Origin: Ophelia neglecta
Taxonomy: Eukaryota
Length of the DNA stretch: 64,000 bases
Direction of reading: 5' to 3'
Assembly (NCBI GenBank): GCA_965285935.1
Contig: OZ260663.1
Coordinates: 73,718,001 to 73,782,000, forward strand
Position 1 is the first letter of the stretch, and the number at the start of each line of letters is the position of its first letter. Shown piece after piece: positions 11,258 to 24,089 of the stretch. The notes below the pieces were generated by a model that did no database searches, had not been told where the DNA came from, and was given only the letters and a program-made list of their open reading frames with translations. A program made the translations under genes and the position numbers.

Positions 11258-13739
11258 CAGGGATCTCAGGTTTGGGGCATGGGACGCCCCAAACCCGGTT
11301 TAAACCTGCCCCAAACCTGTCCCGCCCCAAATAGGTTTGGGGCGTCCCAAACTGTTAATTTTTAGTTTTGGGTTATTTGTATAGAATCAATACCACTTTT
11401 TGTAATTACAACCCTTTAATAATGTATTTATAAGATATATACATACATTTACATACAGAGACCATTTGTTCACTAATTTAAAAGTACATTCATTGATCAA
11501 TAGACATAAGCTGCATTCACAACTTCGGTATACCACCGCTCTACTCCAGGCTAAATTTATTTTATTTTATACACATGGTATAGACTTCCAACACAACAAC
11601 ATGATCAAATATAGGTTTTTTTACAAGGATTGTACTATACTGTTAGTTGTATGGGGCACTGCAAGACAGTATTAGATGCCAAGATAGTAATGGATCACCA
11701 ATCAGCATTGACAAGTAATTTCTTGGTATTGTTCTCTGGTATGCACAAGCAAACACTTGGCCATCATATAGAATTTGTTCAATAGTCTATTTCCGTAACC
11801 CCTCTTAGCATTCGGTAGCAAAACACAAGTTTCTGGGCTTTGTCATTTCCAAGACGATTACTAAGTTATGATTGCACAAGGCCAAAGGAGCTGAACACTC
11901 GCTCAATAGAACACTCGCTCTAACCCTAACCCTAACCCGTCCACCTTTGAACATATTAGGTAGCACTTGTACCTAAACTTGTAAGTAACTTGTAAGGCCT
12001 AACAAAATTGATTATGTGTTTCCGGTAACCCGACCAACCCTCCAAAATGGCTAAAATGAAAATTTTATTTTCTCGTATTGAATTTCATGCTAGTTTCTAC
12101 ATGTCTACCTGTAACTTTGCTTACGGGTGATAACTGTGGCATAATATAAGGCTCAAGTGCACTGGTCCTTGGTGAAACTCGCTGTGCTGCTGCTCTCAGT
12201 GACTTCAACCAAGCGAAGGACCTGGGACCAGCGAAAGGCTTCTGCCAAGGTTCCGATGCAAGTCGATCGTTTATTGGATAAAATGCAGCAACCGGCAACC
12301 AATGATATTGCGGTACACAGGCATAGCCAGCGTGGAGGGAAAATGGCGTCTGTGACTTCGCAGGATGCGGCTCTTGCCGTGGTCATGGCGCAATTTGAGA
12401 AATGTGGGCATATGCCAGCTCGTTCGAAAATCATCAAGGTTCCCAAAATGACCACACTGGACACGCTTTTTTTCCGGGAGCATCCAGGGCCAAGCAAGGG
12501 CCAAGAGTTCCATGTATCTTATCGCAATGCAGCCATTGAAAGTGCGGCCAGCTTCTCGGTAGGTGACATACTCCAACTTGGCGGGCAGACTCAATCGCCT
12601 ATTGTGTTTACTTGTATATCGTGAAGTGTTGGCTCTGTCAACATCGGAGAAATTGAGAGGAAGGCCATGTCTGCTTTTGAAGTCTGCATTACCTATGTGT
12701 CTTGTTTTAGTGGGAAAAGAGTGAAACAAATTAATAGATATGCTTGGACTTTGTATTTAATGTCGGTTACCTAATATCGGTAACCTTGTCTTCTGCACAG
12801 CAAATTGTCATAACATTAAAAAATAAACAAATTGTCTTGTCATTGTGTATTTGTTCTCTAAATCCTGTTACATGTTCAGGGTCTGAAATTTCCACTGTTA
12901 AAATTTTGAAAAACAATTCTTATAAAACTTACCAAAAGTGAAATTGATTTGATAAGCAAAGTACCTATTAGTAACAAGCTAAGCCTGACAACCTCATCAA
13001 GGTTGGTGCTGTTTGTCAGGTATCTTCAATGTTTGCCCAGTGAAGACCTCTGACTCTGCATGTTGCATTTAAATGAAGCACGAAAAAGTTACCGCGAAAA
13101 AAATTAAAAAAAAATAAAATAGTTTTCCTACCTACCTACCCTATATTTTTAAAGCCTGTTACCGGAAACACATAATCAATTTTGTTCGGCCTAAGTAACT
13201 GATGTACAATAATGGGCACTGGGAAAAGTAATATTCTGGTCTGATAGGTAAATACTTCTGCATGATGGCTGTGAAACTGAGACTGAATGACTTTGAGGGA
13301 TTTCCTCATATCTAAGAGCACAACCCAATTCACAGCTTTTCTCCACAGCCAGTCTACACTCAATCAAATGCAGTTAAATACATCAGAAACTTCTTTAATT
13401 AGCTACAGGAGGTCATAAGGTGTGACCATAATTAACAAATGCCTTCGTCGAAATGAATGTGAAGCAACACCTAGTATGTGTGAAGCTACATTTTGTTGTG
13501 TTTTCAACCTGTTAAGGTTTTCAAAGGACAAAGCAACACTGAATTGATGTTTACCATCAAGCCTGAAAAGCAATTAAAAAATCATATTAACTGATATATT
13601 TTCAGTTATACCAAACTAGGTTTGGGGCAGGTTTGGGACAGTTTGGGGCGCCCCAAACCTGCCCCAAATACCTTTAAGGCAGGTTTGGGGCACCTGTCCC
13701 GCCCCAAATACCTTTGGGGCGCCCCAAATGCGATCCCTG
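11258..13739. mobile_element. Non-autonomous TIR element (CAGGGATC...GATCCCTG) with CCCCAAA/TTTGGGG subterminal repeats
   Basis: Inverted termini and mirrored clusters of TTTGGGGC/GCCCCAAA at 11270-11350 and 13620-13730; no clear TSD. Confidence 0.7.
11996..13191. mobile_element. Zator-like non-autonomous DNA transposon nested in the previous element
   Basis: 34-bp TIRs (11996-12029 and 13158-13191, 33/34 match) starting GGCC, flanked by TAA on both sides; GG termini with a TWA TSD are the described Zator hallmark. Confidence 0.8.
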
Positions 13740-14786
13740 TGACAGCAGCCTAATGCCTCACATCAGTGTTAACAAGAGGGAGGCTCTGTCTCTCCTACTG
13801 TCTTGCTAGAAAGGAGCATATGGTGTACATTGATTCCTGCATAAGTGTTAATAGGAGAATGTCTTGTTCAGCCTATTATTATCCTTAAAAATCAGATCTT
13901 AATGTTGTCTGTATAATAACAACAAAGGTAAGGATGAGCATGAATATAAACAAGAGAGACATCCAGGTGTGAGTCAGGGAGAGGTCACTTGGCCTTTGGC
14001 TATTTCACCAATCCCTAACAGATATGTTTAAATCAAGTATGGACAGATGGTATCAATAAATTAGCAATGGTGCAATACTCATGAAAGATAAAATGTCTTG
14101 AAACATCTCATTAGAGTAATTTATGTAGGCAAGGAAGCAGCTCTAATAGGAGATTCAAGACAGGACATTTTGAGTACTTACCAAGAAAATGACTGACAAA
14201 GTTGTCACATACAGTATCCAAATTGTCACATATATACTTGTAATCAGAAAATGAAAGTACTGTACTACATGAAATTATCACATGCATGTTTTGTGAGGAC
14301 AAATATCCTCAAATGTTGCTTGTAATGATCCTGAAAAATATAGGTTAGGTAAATTCATTTCTTTTTTTTTTTACTAGAAGCAAATTTTCATATCTCGAAC
14401 AAAACTACCAATGATAATATAACAGGGACTATATGGATTCCGAGCATGATAAAATCGGTCTTTCAGAGCATGTGGTTATCCACATCAATCAAATAAACCA
14501 TGTCTACATGACATGACCCACCATGCATTACCTGGTAATCATCTAACATTAATGTGAGCATCAGCTCAAAAATGGAAAATACCCTTTTTTTAGTGAAATA
14601 ACATAAATTGGGCAGGTAAGGTTTATATGTTATGGGAAACAATGTTTATTACCCCGGTATTCATTTTGCCTTAATAACATTGAAAACAGCAGTCCTTATG
14701 AGACCTTGAAGCAGTGAAATTTTTGTTAACCATTATGTTTACAGTCATGTTTTTAGCATTTCAAACTTCAACTGATAGGTACTTAC

Positions 14787-17700
14787 TGCTTGTTGATATG
14801 CTCCAGTGCACTGCTTGAGTATCTTGGGACTTTGATTAGCCGCAAAGAACAGCGATAGGTAGGCATTGCCCAGAATAACTAAAAACCAGGAAAAAAAATA
14901 TCAGTGACTGTATATAACTTACTAAATCTATCGTTCACAGGATTTACTTAATCATACAATTTCACTTTCACCTACTTCAATAAATGCAACTAAGCCATAC
15001 AAAATTAATACAGTGTTTCATAGATACTTTTAATCTACAATGGATAATGTGTGCAAGGGGGCTGGGGTATTCTTTTCCTTCTTTTTTTTTGGGGGGGGGG
15101 GGGGGTTGTCTCAGGCCTTTTGTTTAAATATGGGGTGGATGTGGATATTTTTAATTATTATCCAGACTTAGATCCTATAATGGGAGTGTGGGATAAAAAG
15201 ATATTGTGTAGCTTGTGTGGAGTAGGAGAGGCAGGTTGTGAGATATACTTTATTGATCTTGTATGGCCTAAGTAATAATAAGGTTGCAGAGAGTCCTTAC
15301 ACCAGGATGTTCCATCTGCTATGTCCAGTTGGACAGCTTCTTTAGCTTTTTCCACGCTATCTTCTATGTTTTTCATTCTTTCTGCTTGGTCTTTACCAAG
15401 TTGTCTCAACACCATTGACAAATTGCGGAGAGCTTTTTTATCTTTTGCCTGAAAAGACAAAAGCCAGGGATGAGTTTCAAATCTGGATGCAACTTTATTC
15501 AGCATGATTTTTAAAAAATCACGTTACTTTGACACAACTGAAGGGAATATGATCAAACCTATGCTTACATGGTTAAGTGCACCAAGAAAACAGTCATGGG
15601 CAGCACTGACATCATTCTTCTTCCATGAGCATTCCCCAAGGTTCACCCATGCATCCACCAACTGTGGTTTTAATTTAACAGCTTTGGCCAAACATTCTTC
15701 AGCAGCCTTGTCATGCTTTGGCATCACATTTAAAGCTATGCCTTTGAGCATCATCAGTGCTGCCCTGTCATCTGGAAGAACTGTTCAGAAAAAGAAGGCA
15801 TTATTGACATAAATTTTAGGAATACCAGCTTCATAATAATAGCAAAAAAAAAAAAATAGAAATATTAATGACTACGGCATTACATTATGATATGGCTATA
15901 CATGTATATCATTTTACCTTTGTCCTGGACTGTTTGTTTGCTAAATGATATGACTACTGACACATCCAAGGAACACAATTTTCCTAGTATGATCTATTTA
16001 AATTTAACTTGCTATAAAAATATCTTGGTTTGGCATATCAACCATCACTGTGTATATATATATCATCTTACATAGTGTTTTAAGCTTTGAAAGAGAAGAG
16101 TTGTCTTGGGAACTATGATTCCTTTTATCATTGAAATAATAAGGCAAAATACCTGTACCTTCAATTGAGTCAATTACATTAATTGCTTTGTCCAGTTCTT
16201 TCTGTAAGTCCTCTGTCTTATGGATTGCTCTGTCGATTGAGTGTTCTTCAAAATAGTGGTCTCTGAAGTGGTATAGCTTTTCCACGGCTTCCTAAAAACA
16301 AAAGAGAATAGGTTAGATTTATTGGAAAAAAGGGTGGGTGGGAGGGAAGGATGGGGGGCACATAGTTCTGTTGAGACTTATTAGGTCTGGGCCGTTAGAG
16401 AACATACTGGCCAGCAATTTTGTGTCTACTAAAATAAATACCCCAGGCATAAGGCAGTCATTATATGATTCTTTGATTTTACAAACCTGGTGATACATCA
16501 TAACATGTATGTAGCATATTGGCCAAATCAAAAAATAGATTGGTGTTTTTCTAATTCATTTTATTTTCACTGCCGACATGTAATGTTGCCCTGCCAACGT
16601 TTTTTGCCAGTGTCGGACAACAATAGTCCATGCCATCCAGTTTTTGAGTTACACACTTTTGTTGATGGATGTTTGCAACATAAAACATCAACGGTTCTGT
16701 TGATATTTATCAACAAAGAGCTATTTTTGTTAGTCAACTTTGTAGCACATGAAGCAAAAAATGAATGGAGGAAACAGCAACAAAAAGGTACATTTTAAGA
16801 TTTTAGAGCATGTTACATGCAGTAGAATGAACAAGAATGAATATTCAAGGAACATGAAAGAACGTACTTTACATGCAAACTAATTGGTGTCTTTGTTACA
16901 CGCATAATATTTATGGTGCAGATATGATTATGTGATGTGAAATTTCGTGAATACGCTAATCTTAAGCATGGTTAGGTTTATTTCCAAGTTTTGATATCTG
17001 AATTATGAGTTTGGGCAGGTATTGAAATATATGTATAATTTGACATTTTTCAATTACCAGTAATGAATGGAACAAAAGACACCAAAAATGTAACAAAAAA
17101 ACACCAAAAAATAAACGATCAATAACAAATTTATATTGCAGTAAATTTATAAAAAATGATGTTAAAAACTTGTATGTGTATTAAGGTTTCGAAAATTAAA
17201 CATTGTTTTGCATTTTAATCTGATGATGATGGAATAATTGATAACAAAAATGGCATACTGGTGCATCCGAAACTAATATATTTTATATTACTTTCTTAAT
17301 CAACCACATTTGTTGACTTAGATAAAAGGATTTTATGCCTTGAGTAGTTTAAATGAAAAAAGTATCAAAACAAGTATTTTGTTCCAAAAAATAATTTGAA
17401 AAAAATATAGGAAAATATTCCTATTCTTGTATCATGCCGTAACTAATTTAAGCATTTTTTTTTTTTATATATATATATATTACTTTCTCTTAAATAAAAA
17501 TAAATAGTTAATAAATAGGTGCAGCAAGATTTGCAAAAAGATTTTTTCTGAAATCAGTTTGAAATTTCAGAAAAAACATTACTGCATGTCACAGAAACTT
17601 CATGACATTAAATTGTTGCTCATCTATGAAAGTACATTTTGCTGGCTGAAACAAACATATATTAAACATGATAAAGTTGACAATAAACAGGGCCTCACAT

Positions 17701-19621
17701 AATTTTTATTTTTTGTCTGCCCCAGTAGGGCAGGTGTCCAAATTTTCTACCTGCCCCAAGAAAATTCTACTTGCCCATACTTTTTTCTATAATTTCAAAA
17801 CACAGTATTATATTGGTAAAAACTCATTTTATTTCGTGCAAAGTCATTGAAAATACAGTTACCATAATGACTATAATAAACAGTGGATTTGGCTTGGTGA
17901 TTATACAGTATATGACTACTGTAAGACCATGTAAAATATAGGCCAATGTGTTTGCGGACCAAAACAAAAGACTCCCTCGTACGCACATACTATTTTTTAA
18001 AAGCAATGAATAAAAAAAATACAGGAATTTGGTCACTTGCCCCGTCGGGCAGGAAAACTGAAATATCAACATTCCAGACAGCCAATACTGCCTGCCGCGG
18101 GCAGTCGGTTATGTCAGGCCCTGCAATAAATAAATTTATTATCAAGAACTGTAATTATTTTTGATAGAGAAATTCAGTACTTTCAGAATAATAAAAATAT
18201 TGTGATATCTAAAATGACCAAGGCAAGTAAATAAAAGAACGTACAATTACTGAGGTATGTGTTCTGAATCAATATTATCAGAAGAAGTAGATATTATTTC
18301 CTGTGCATATCAACAGCAAAAAAGCAAATAGGCTCAAAAAAAGAAAAGAAATTTCATTGAATGCTAAAATGACTTGCAAATACATAATTTGTCATCATTC
18401 TAGGCAGTCAGAAATGCTTTGAGTCAGAAGTATTTTGATGGATCGGCTTGGTAACTGTAGTTATTATTCTTGTAGCTATGATGACTTATATTTGCAAATC
18501 CAACATATTTGGTAGAATTTCAAAAAACCTTTATGCTGAAATCAATTTTGTAATTAATAATCCTGTTCTGTATGGTCTCAGACTCATAACTGCTTAAACT
18601 CCCACCCCCACCACAAGGATTTACAGCCGGTGTAACCCTCATGAGAAGGCTCTAAATAAGTGGTCTAATAAGAGGGGGTAGAAACACACAGCAGAAACAC
18701 ACGGCAGGTATAGCTATGGGCTAACTTGTTGTAAAAAGGGCTGTTTTGGGTGGTCTTTCACCAGGTGTTTCACTGTATTCCAAACTCAAGCATTAGAACA
18801 GCACTGGTTTGTCTACCAAGATAATTTTAAATTTATACTGTGCCCCGGCAGAGCAGTGGTCAGAAAGTCACTGAAAACATCATAATTTAGAGCAGAAATT
18901 TGTGAAATTCTTACTTAAGGCCAGGTCAAAAGACAAACATTTTCACACAGGTACACCAAAAGCCTGTCCGCAAATTCCTATAAGGTTTACTAGTTATACA
19001 TATCTATAATTAGTTATATACTACCTATGTATAACCAGAGAAATATAGAACAAGCACTATAAGTCTCTGGTATAACTAGATATACTAGAAATTTTAGAAA
19101 CTTTGGCCAATACAGGTTTTAGTGGTAAAAACATCTCATGTACCGGTGCATTTTCCAAAAATGACCAATTTCGAGGTATCAGTAGGTATAAATGGTACAG
19201 ATGTCTTGCCCATATCATTTTAAAGTGTTCATCTAAGGTAAATTACAAGGCTGACAAGTAACAACAAAAGCGCAATCTGTGGTTTGCGAGATCGGGAAGA
19301 ATAGCTCGGCAGGAAAATATACATGCTTATTGGGAGCTCTAAGGGTGCCCATCCATATCATACACCCATTTGAGATCCATGCTGGAGCTAAGGCTACACA
19401 CACACGTGCCCGCTAATATTCGATTTATAGACTAGACCAACTAACATCATAAGAATGACATGTCAAGCTAGGTATATATTTGCAACAATGCCCCTGATGG
19501 ATTCTTTGAAAGAAAGACATGTTTGGAATCATGCAACAGTGCGTCGTTGCTCTAAATGAGCTAGCAAAAAATGCTTAAATATTACCTTGGCAGCCCCCAA
19601 ACCAACTTCAACTTCCGCCAT
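14787..19621 (-). CDS. TTC5: Tetratricopeptide repeat protein 5, first five coding exons (3' part not found in window)
   Basis: GT-AG exons in phase: 19586-19621 ([12 protein letters not shown]), 16159(or 16153)-16291 ([18 protein letters not shown]...), 15569-15780 ([48 protein letters not shown]), 15301-15448 ([13 protein letters not shown]...[12 protein letters not shown]), 14787-14878 ([31 protein letters not shown]). Peptides and exon boundaries match my recollection of vertebrate TTC5 ([44 protein letters not shown]). Confidence 0.93.
17688..18123. mobile_element. 436-bp MITE in TTC5 intron 1 with 7-bp TSD
   Basis: TIR CAGGGCCTCACATAA / TTATGTCAGGCCCTG; CAATAAA immediately on both sides (17681-17687, 18124-18130). 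Confidence 0.85.
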
Positions 19622-20513
19622 TTTGCCTCCTAAAAAGAGTGAAACATGCGGGCGAGGCCAGCGAAATTTTGTTAACCAGCCTTCCAGAGTCTGTAGGACT
19701 TTCTGTGGCAAATAAACTATTCTGATTTACTCTTTTACTAATATTATCTACCTCAGTGTTACTTGTGAAATTGCCTGAGTTAGAATTTAATACCGTATTC
19801 TGTACTGCATGCCTGTACCAGTTACAACGTGCACGGGCATATCACTTTGGTATACACGAACATCCGGATAAAGCCGGCGATTTAAGGTAACAGGACGTTT
19901 TGTTGCCGGACATTTGGTCGCGGGCATTTTTTTTCCGAACATTTTAATAAGGCCCAAGTTAAAAGGCGGACATTTTGGTCCTGTGTGTTTTATTGTTTCT
20001 TTAATTATAAAATAAATAATAGACACATATAAATGGAAAAACAAGTATAATATTCTCGCTGGTATTGAACTAATTTAACAGCCTAATATATGTCACTTGA
20101 CTTTAAAATAGTATAACATTGCTTGCGCCTCCCCCTTTAAAACAAAAAAATGCAAAAACAGAATCCATGACCCCCTTCTCCCTCCCTCTAATTTTTTGAA
20201 CAAAAATGTATTAACTCTCCTATTTGAAGAAACAATTCCACATTGTACTTTACCATTCATATCCCGAAGTATTTTTTTTCATTATTAAGACTATTTTTTT
20301 TTCGAAAATTTACACCGTAGCCAAATATGAAACAATTTTTGTGATATTTTTACGTTGATTTAATGATTTAAGGCGAATTAAAAAAAAAAGTAAAAGTACA
20401 AACGAACATACATGTTGGACGGATTAAACCGGGTTTGGCCGTTCATAGAAAGCCCCTTACAGACATCAACTTCCGTCGTACTTTCCAGCGAAATCAGTCG
20501 CTATTCATTGAAC
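19622..20513. promoter_or_regulatory. Shared bidirectional promoter / 5' region between TTC5 and CIAO2B
   Basis: Divergent ATGs at 19621 (-) and 20514 (+) with 892 bp between them; CG dinucleotides are visibly more frequent near both starts than in the flanking introns. TSSs not determined. Confidence 0.6.
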
Positions 20514-23035
20514 ATGGGTGATCTCGAGAATGTTAATCCCACTCTTTATCAGAGACTTGATGAACGACAGATAACTCCAGCAGATGAAGATGATGATATC
20601 GTCGACGAAATAGACGACCGGGAAGTCTTTGATATCCTTTCATTAATAGCCCGGGGAGAGTACGCACTAATGACTAAACTATAGAGGTACTAGTAGTTGA
20701 AGAGGTTGCAGTATGTAATGCATGATGTTCCTAGTTCGGCTAGTCCTTGTCCACTTATCTATTTAATTTTTTTTATGGTTGAACAATAATTAACAGTTGT
20801 GCAGCAGCATGGAAGTTTGACAAATTAATTAAAAATAGAAAATAAAATATTGGTTACCAGATCGAGATCATTGGAATATCCCCAAATACTTAAAACACAT
20901 TTGGCAGTTTTTAAGTATTATCACTGATTTTGCAAATATCAATGACTTTCTTAATATCCCTGCTCAGGTACAGGCTTTGAATTTGTTTCCTTTTATTTTG
21001 TTAGATAAAAAAACTGCCGGTCATTGTCTAGATGGGGTATTTTATTGATCAGGCCTCCTGTACTACTTCTTTTGTATGTTTGGGAACATTTGTCAATATC
21101 AATTTTCAAAAGAAAAAGAACTTAATTTTACGAAATATCTTTTTACACAAAGCACATTTATAAATGGATAGGTGGACGAGGACTAGCTGAACTAGGAACC
21201 TCTACAGCATTTGATTAACCACCTCTGCAGATGCTCCCATGCACTATATATACCTCTGTAGGTACCTCTGCAGTTTAGTGCGCACCTCCGTGGAGGGAAG
21301 AACCGCAAAATCTCCGGGATTTCTCCATGTGCTCCCAAAGCAGTCCTTTTATATTGACCATCTGGGATTTGACCTGTTAATGGGAAATCTCCCCACAGAA
21401 GTTTTTACCCCTGCCGGTAGTCACATAACATTGGTTTTGTATCATTATTTTGATGATACCAAAATACTGCGCAGATTTTTTATTTCACGATATTTTTTAT
21501 TGCGCGATTTGTTCACAGAAGAGTCAGGAGTTTTATTTTTTTGTTTCATACTGGAAATGCAAAAATAAATCTGTACTCATCTTCTTGCATATATTTCACA
21601 GTTTCACGCTCTCAAACAAATCTTTCAACTTATATGCACTGTGATTATATTCTTTTATGCACCCCTACCTAATAGTTAGCCCGGTCCCTTCCCTCCCAAG
21701 GCCAGATACTGATGGGTGGGAGACCCTTTAAAATTGATATTTATGAAATGAGTCCCTATTCCAGCTGTCCACTTCTGCTTCAGCTCATACCTTTAAATCT
21801 CATTCATGACATTTTGAAACTTGATTCCTTGATGAGAAGTTACATCTTATTAGACACATCAATGACCCAGAGCATCCTCTCTCGCTTGAAGAATTAAATG
21901 TGGTGGAGAACTCAAAAGTCAAGGTAAGTGTAAATGTGATGGCATCTACAACAACAACAAAAACCTTCAAGGCTCCATATGGTATCCATACTTCTCGGCC
22001 TTCCAGTTTGTTAGGAGTGGCCAGGTATAACTATATAATGAGCGTTCATTTATAAACTAGCTCTACATATCATCTGGAATTGTGATAGGGCAGAATGGTG
22101 GTCAGCAGGTCATGAATAAAATGTTCAATAAATAATGTTTTGAAATGTGGTATCAACTAGTCAAGTATATTTGTGAAGTCTCAACAGGTATTCATTTCAT
22201 GTCTTTAAAAAAATTGCTGAAGTAGCAGATGCATACACTTTTAAATACTCGAATAGGTTGACAACAAGACCAGTGCAGTTTTTGTAGAGTTTACACCAAC
22301 CATCCCCCATTGCAGTATGGCTACCCTCATTGGTCTGTCTATACGAGTGAAGCTACTGAGGTCGCTGCCCAGCCGATATAAGGTAAGATTAAATGATATT
22401 ACACGTTGACTGGAGAAGGCATGTTTTTTCAAAGTTTAAAGCTAAAGAAAATTTTACTTAGTTTATGTGGCCTTACATACTTTTAGCTAAAAGACTTTCT
22501 GTTTCCATTGTATATGTCAGCTGCCAATGCAATATCTGCTTCATCACTCAATTAGTTTTTATTTGGCAATATGTATAATATAGATCATTTTCCCCCATCA
22601 AATGAGGTGTACTCATGTATGTTGTCGGTATGTTTCGGTATGTTATAATTGAGCATTGACAGGTGTTTATATATTTGTAGGTGGATGTGTGTATTGCACC
22701 TGGAACACATGCTTCAGAACATGCTAGTGAGTATTGTTTTGTAGCATTTCAGGAAATATTTATTTCTAGTTATCAATAGGTCTCAATTTTTATGGGACCA
22801 TGTATGCTGTTTTATTTTTAGTAATTCTGTATAATATCATATATATACATATATATTCTATTGAGAGAGGGAGGGAGAGAGGGGGAGGGAGAGAGAGGGG
22901 CCTTATTTAATAATTTGTACTTCTTTCATTTCAGTAAATAAGCAGTTAGCAGATAAGGAAAGAGTGTGCGCAGCTTTGGAAAATGTCAGTCTTCTAGAAG
23001 TGGTAAACCAGTGTTTGACTAGCAGGAGACCATGA
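20514..23035 (+). CDS. CIAO2B: Cytosolic iron-sulfur assembly component 2B (FAM96B/MIP18), complete, 156 aa
   Basis: Exons 20514-20631, 21844-21923, 22257-22382, 22681-22726, 22935-23035 (471 nt). Protein: [13 protein letters not shown]...[29 protein letters not shown]...[65 protein letters not shown]...VVNQCL. These are the DUF59/FAM96 signature motifs. Confidence 0.95.
20632..21843 (+). other. U12-dependent (minor spliceosome) AT-AC intron 1 of CIAO2B
   Basis: 5' end ATATCCTTT at 20632-20640; branch point TTCCTTGAT at 21825-21833; terminal AC at 21842-21843. Splicing restores the conserved [15 protein letters not shown] junction. Confidence 0.93.
20727..21199. mobile_element. Fold-back/MITE-like element inside the U12 intron
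   Basis: ~39-bp imperfect inverted repeat GTTCCTAGTTCGGCTAGTCCTTGTCCACTTATCTATTTA (20727) versus TAAATGGATAGGTGGACGAGGACTAGCTGAACTAGGAAC (21161-21199); weaker symmetry extends to ~20655 and ~21290. Confidence 0.7.
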
Positions 23036-24089
23036 TTAACATTGACTATGTGGAGTGAGAAACATTGTCGTAAATGTCAAGCATACTGGTATATACAAAC
23101 TGTGTTTGGGAGTTGGACTTGTTCCATTAAGATTTGTGCTCCTAGTGTAATAATGAATATGTTATAGATTATTCATCTTACACAGGGTTATTCAGCTTTT
23201 TGCATCTTGAAACCACACATTTGAAGGAGAATCCAGAAGAGGCATATAGGGTACATAGCAAAGGCTGCATATCAAGTAATCAGTTCTAAACATTTTAAAG
23301 TTTTTACTTGACTAGAATAATTAATACTTGAAATTATAAAATCATATTATAAAATCAAGGCATATTGATATGCAGAGACATTTTAATTCAGAGGATTTTG
23401 AAACATTTGTGAGAGCAAAAGTAATCAATCAATAAATAAGTTGTTGAAACATAAATATTTTTTGTTGTCAATCTAACTGGATTTACTACTCAAGGCAAAC
23501 ATTGATATAAAGCACCACACACACTTGAAGTTAAATTCATATTGACAAATGAAACTGGCTTGTACATTAGAAATTTTACAATATAATAGTTTAAAATTAA
23601 AATACATTTATAATGGGTAGTTTGTAGATGCAACAGCATATGGCGGACAATCAATGCTTTTTCCCAGATATATCGCTTCAATCCAAACTATAATATTATA
23701 TAATGTATATAATTTTTCAAAAAATTCCAGGATTCCGAAAAATATTCATTTAGATTTACTAGGTTCTATTAAAATAAACAGACCAATTGACTATCAGAAT
23801 GCAAATAGACACCCTGAGCATGGTGTATCATCTATCTATAAGTAACAAAGGTATATCTATTGCATAAAGCAAGAGACTGTGTCTCGAAATAATCCACTAT
23901 CCCATAGGGTTTATAGGCTTTAACTTTTGGTTTTCTTTCCTCTATTTGGCAATTTGAATATATCTACATGGCGAGGACGAATATAATCTCGTCCAGCACA
24001 TACATATGAGTATTATTTCCACCAACTGTATAAAGCACTGAAGAATACCTAATGTATAGTCATAAGGTTTAAGATGTCAGATATGCTGT

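Noticed and set aside
11920-11938. Telomere (CTAACC)3
   Set aside because: Only three units, inside a TIR element; too short to indicate a chromosome end or fusion.
12065-12729. Host gene in the four overlapping ORFs
   Set aside because: They lie inside the Zator-like TIRs and show no recognisable domain or exon chain.
20412-20684. Standalone 90-aa ORF / N-terminal extension of CIAO2B
   Set aside because: Homology starts at ATG 20514, and the ORF end is read-through into the U12 intron.
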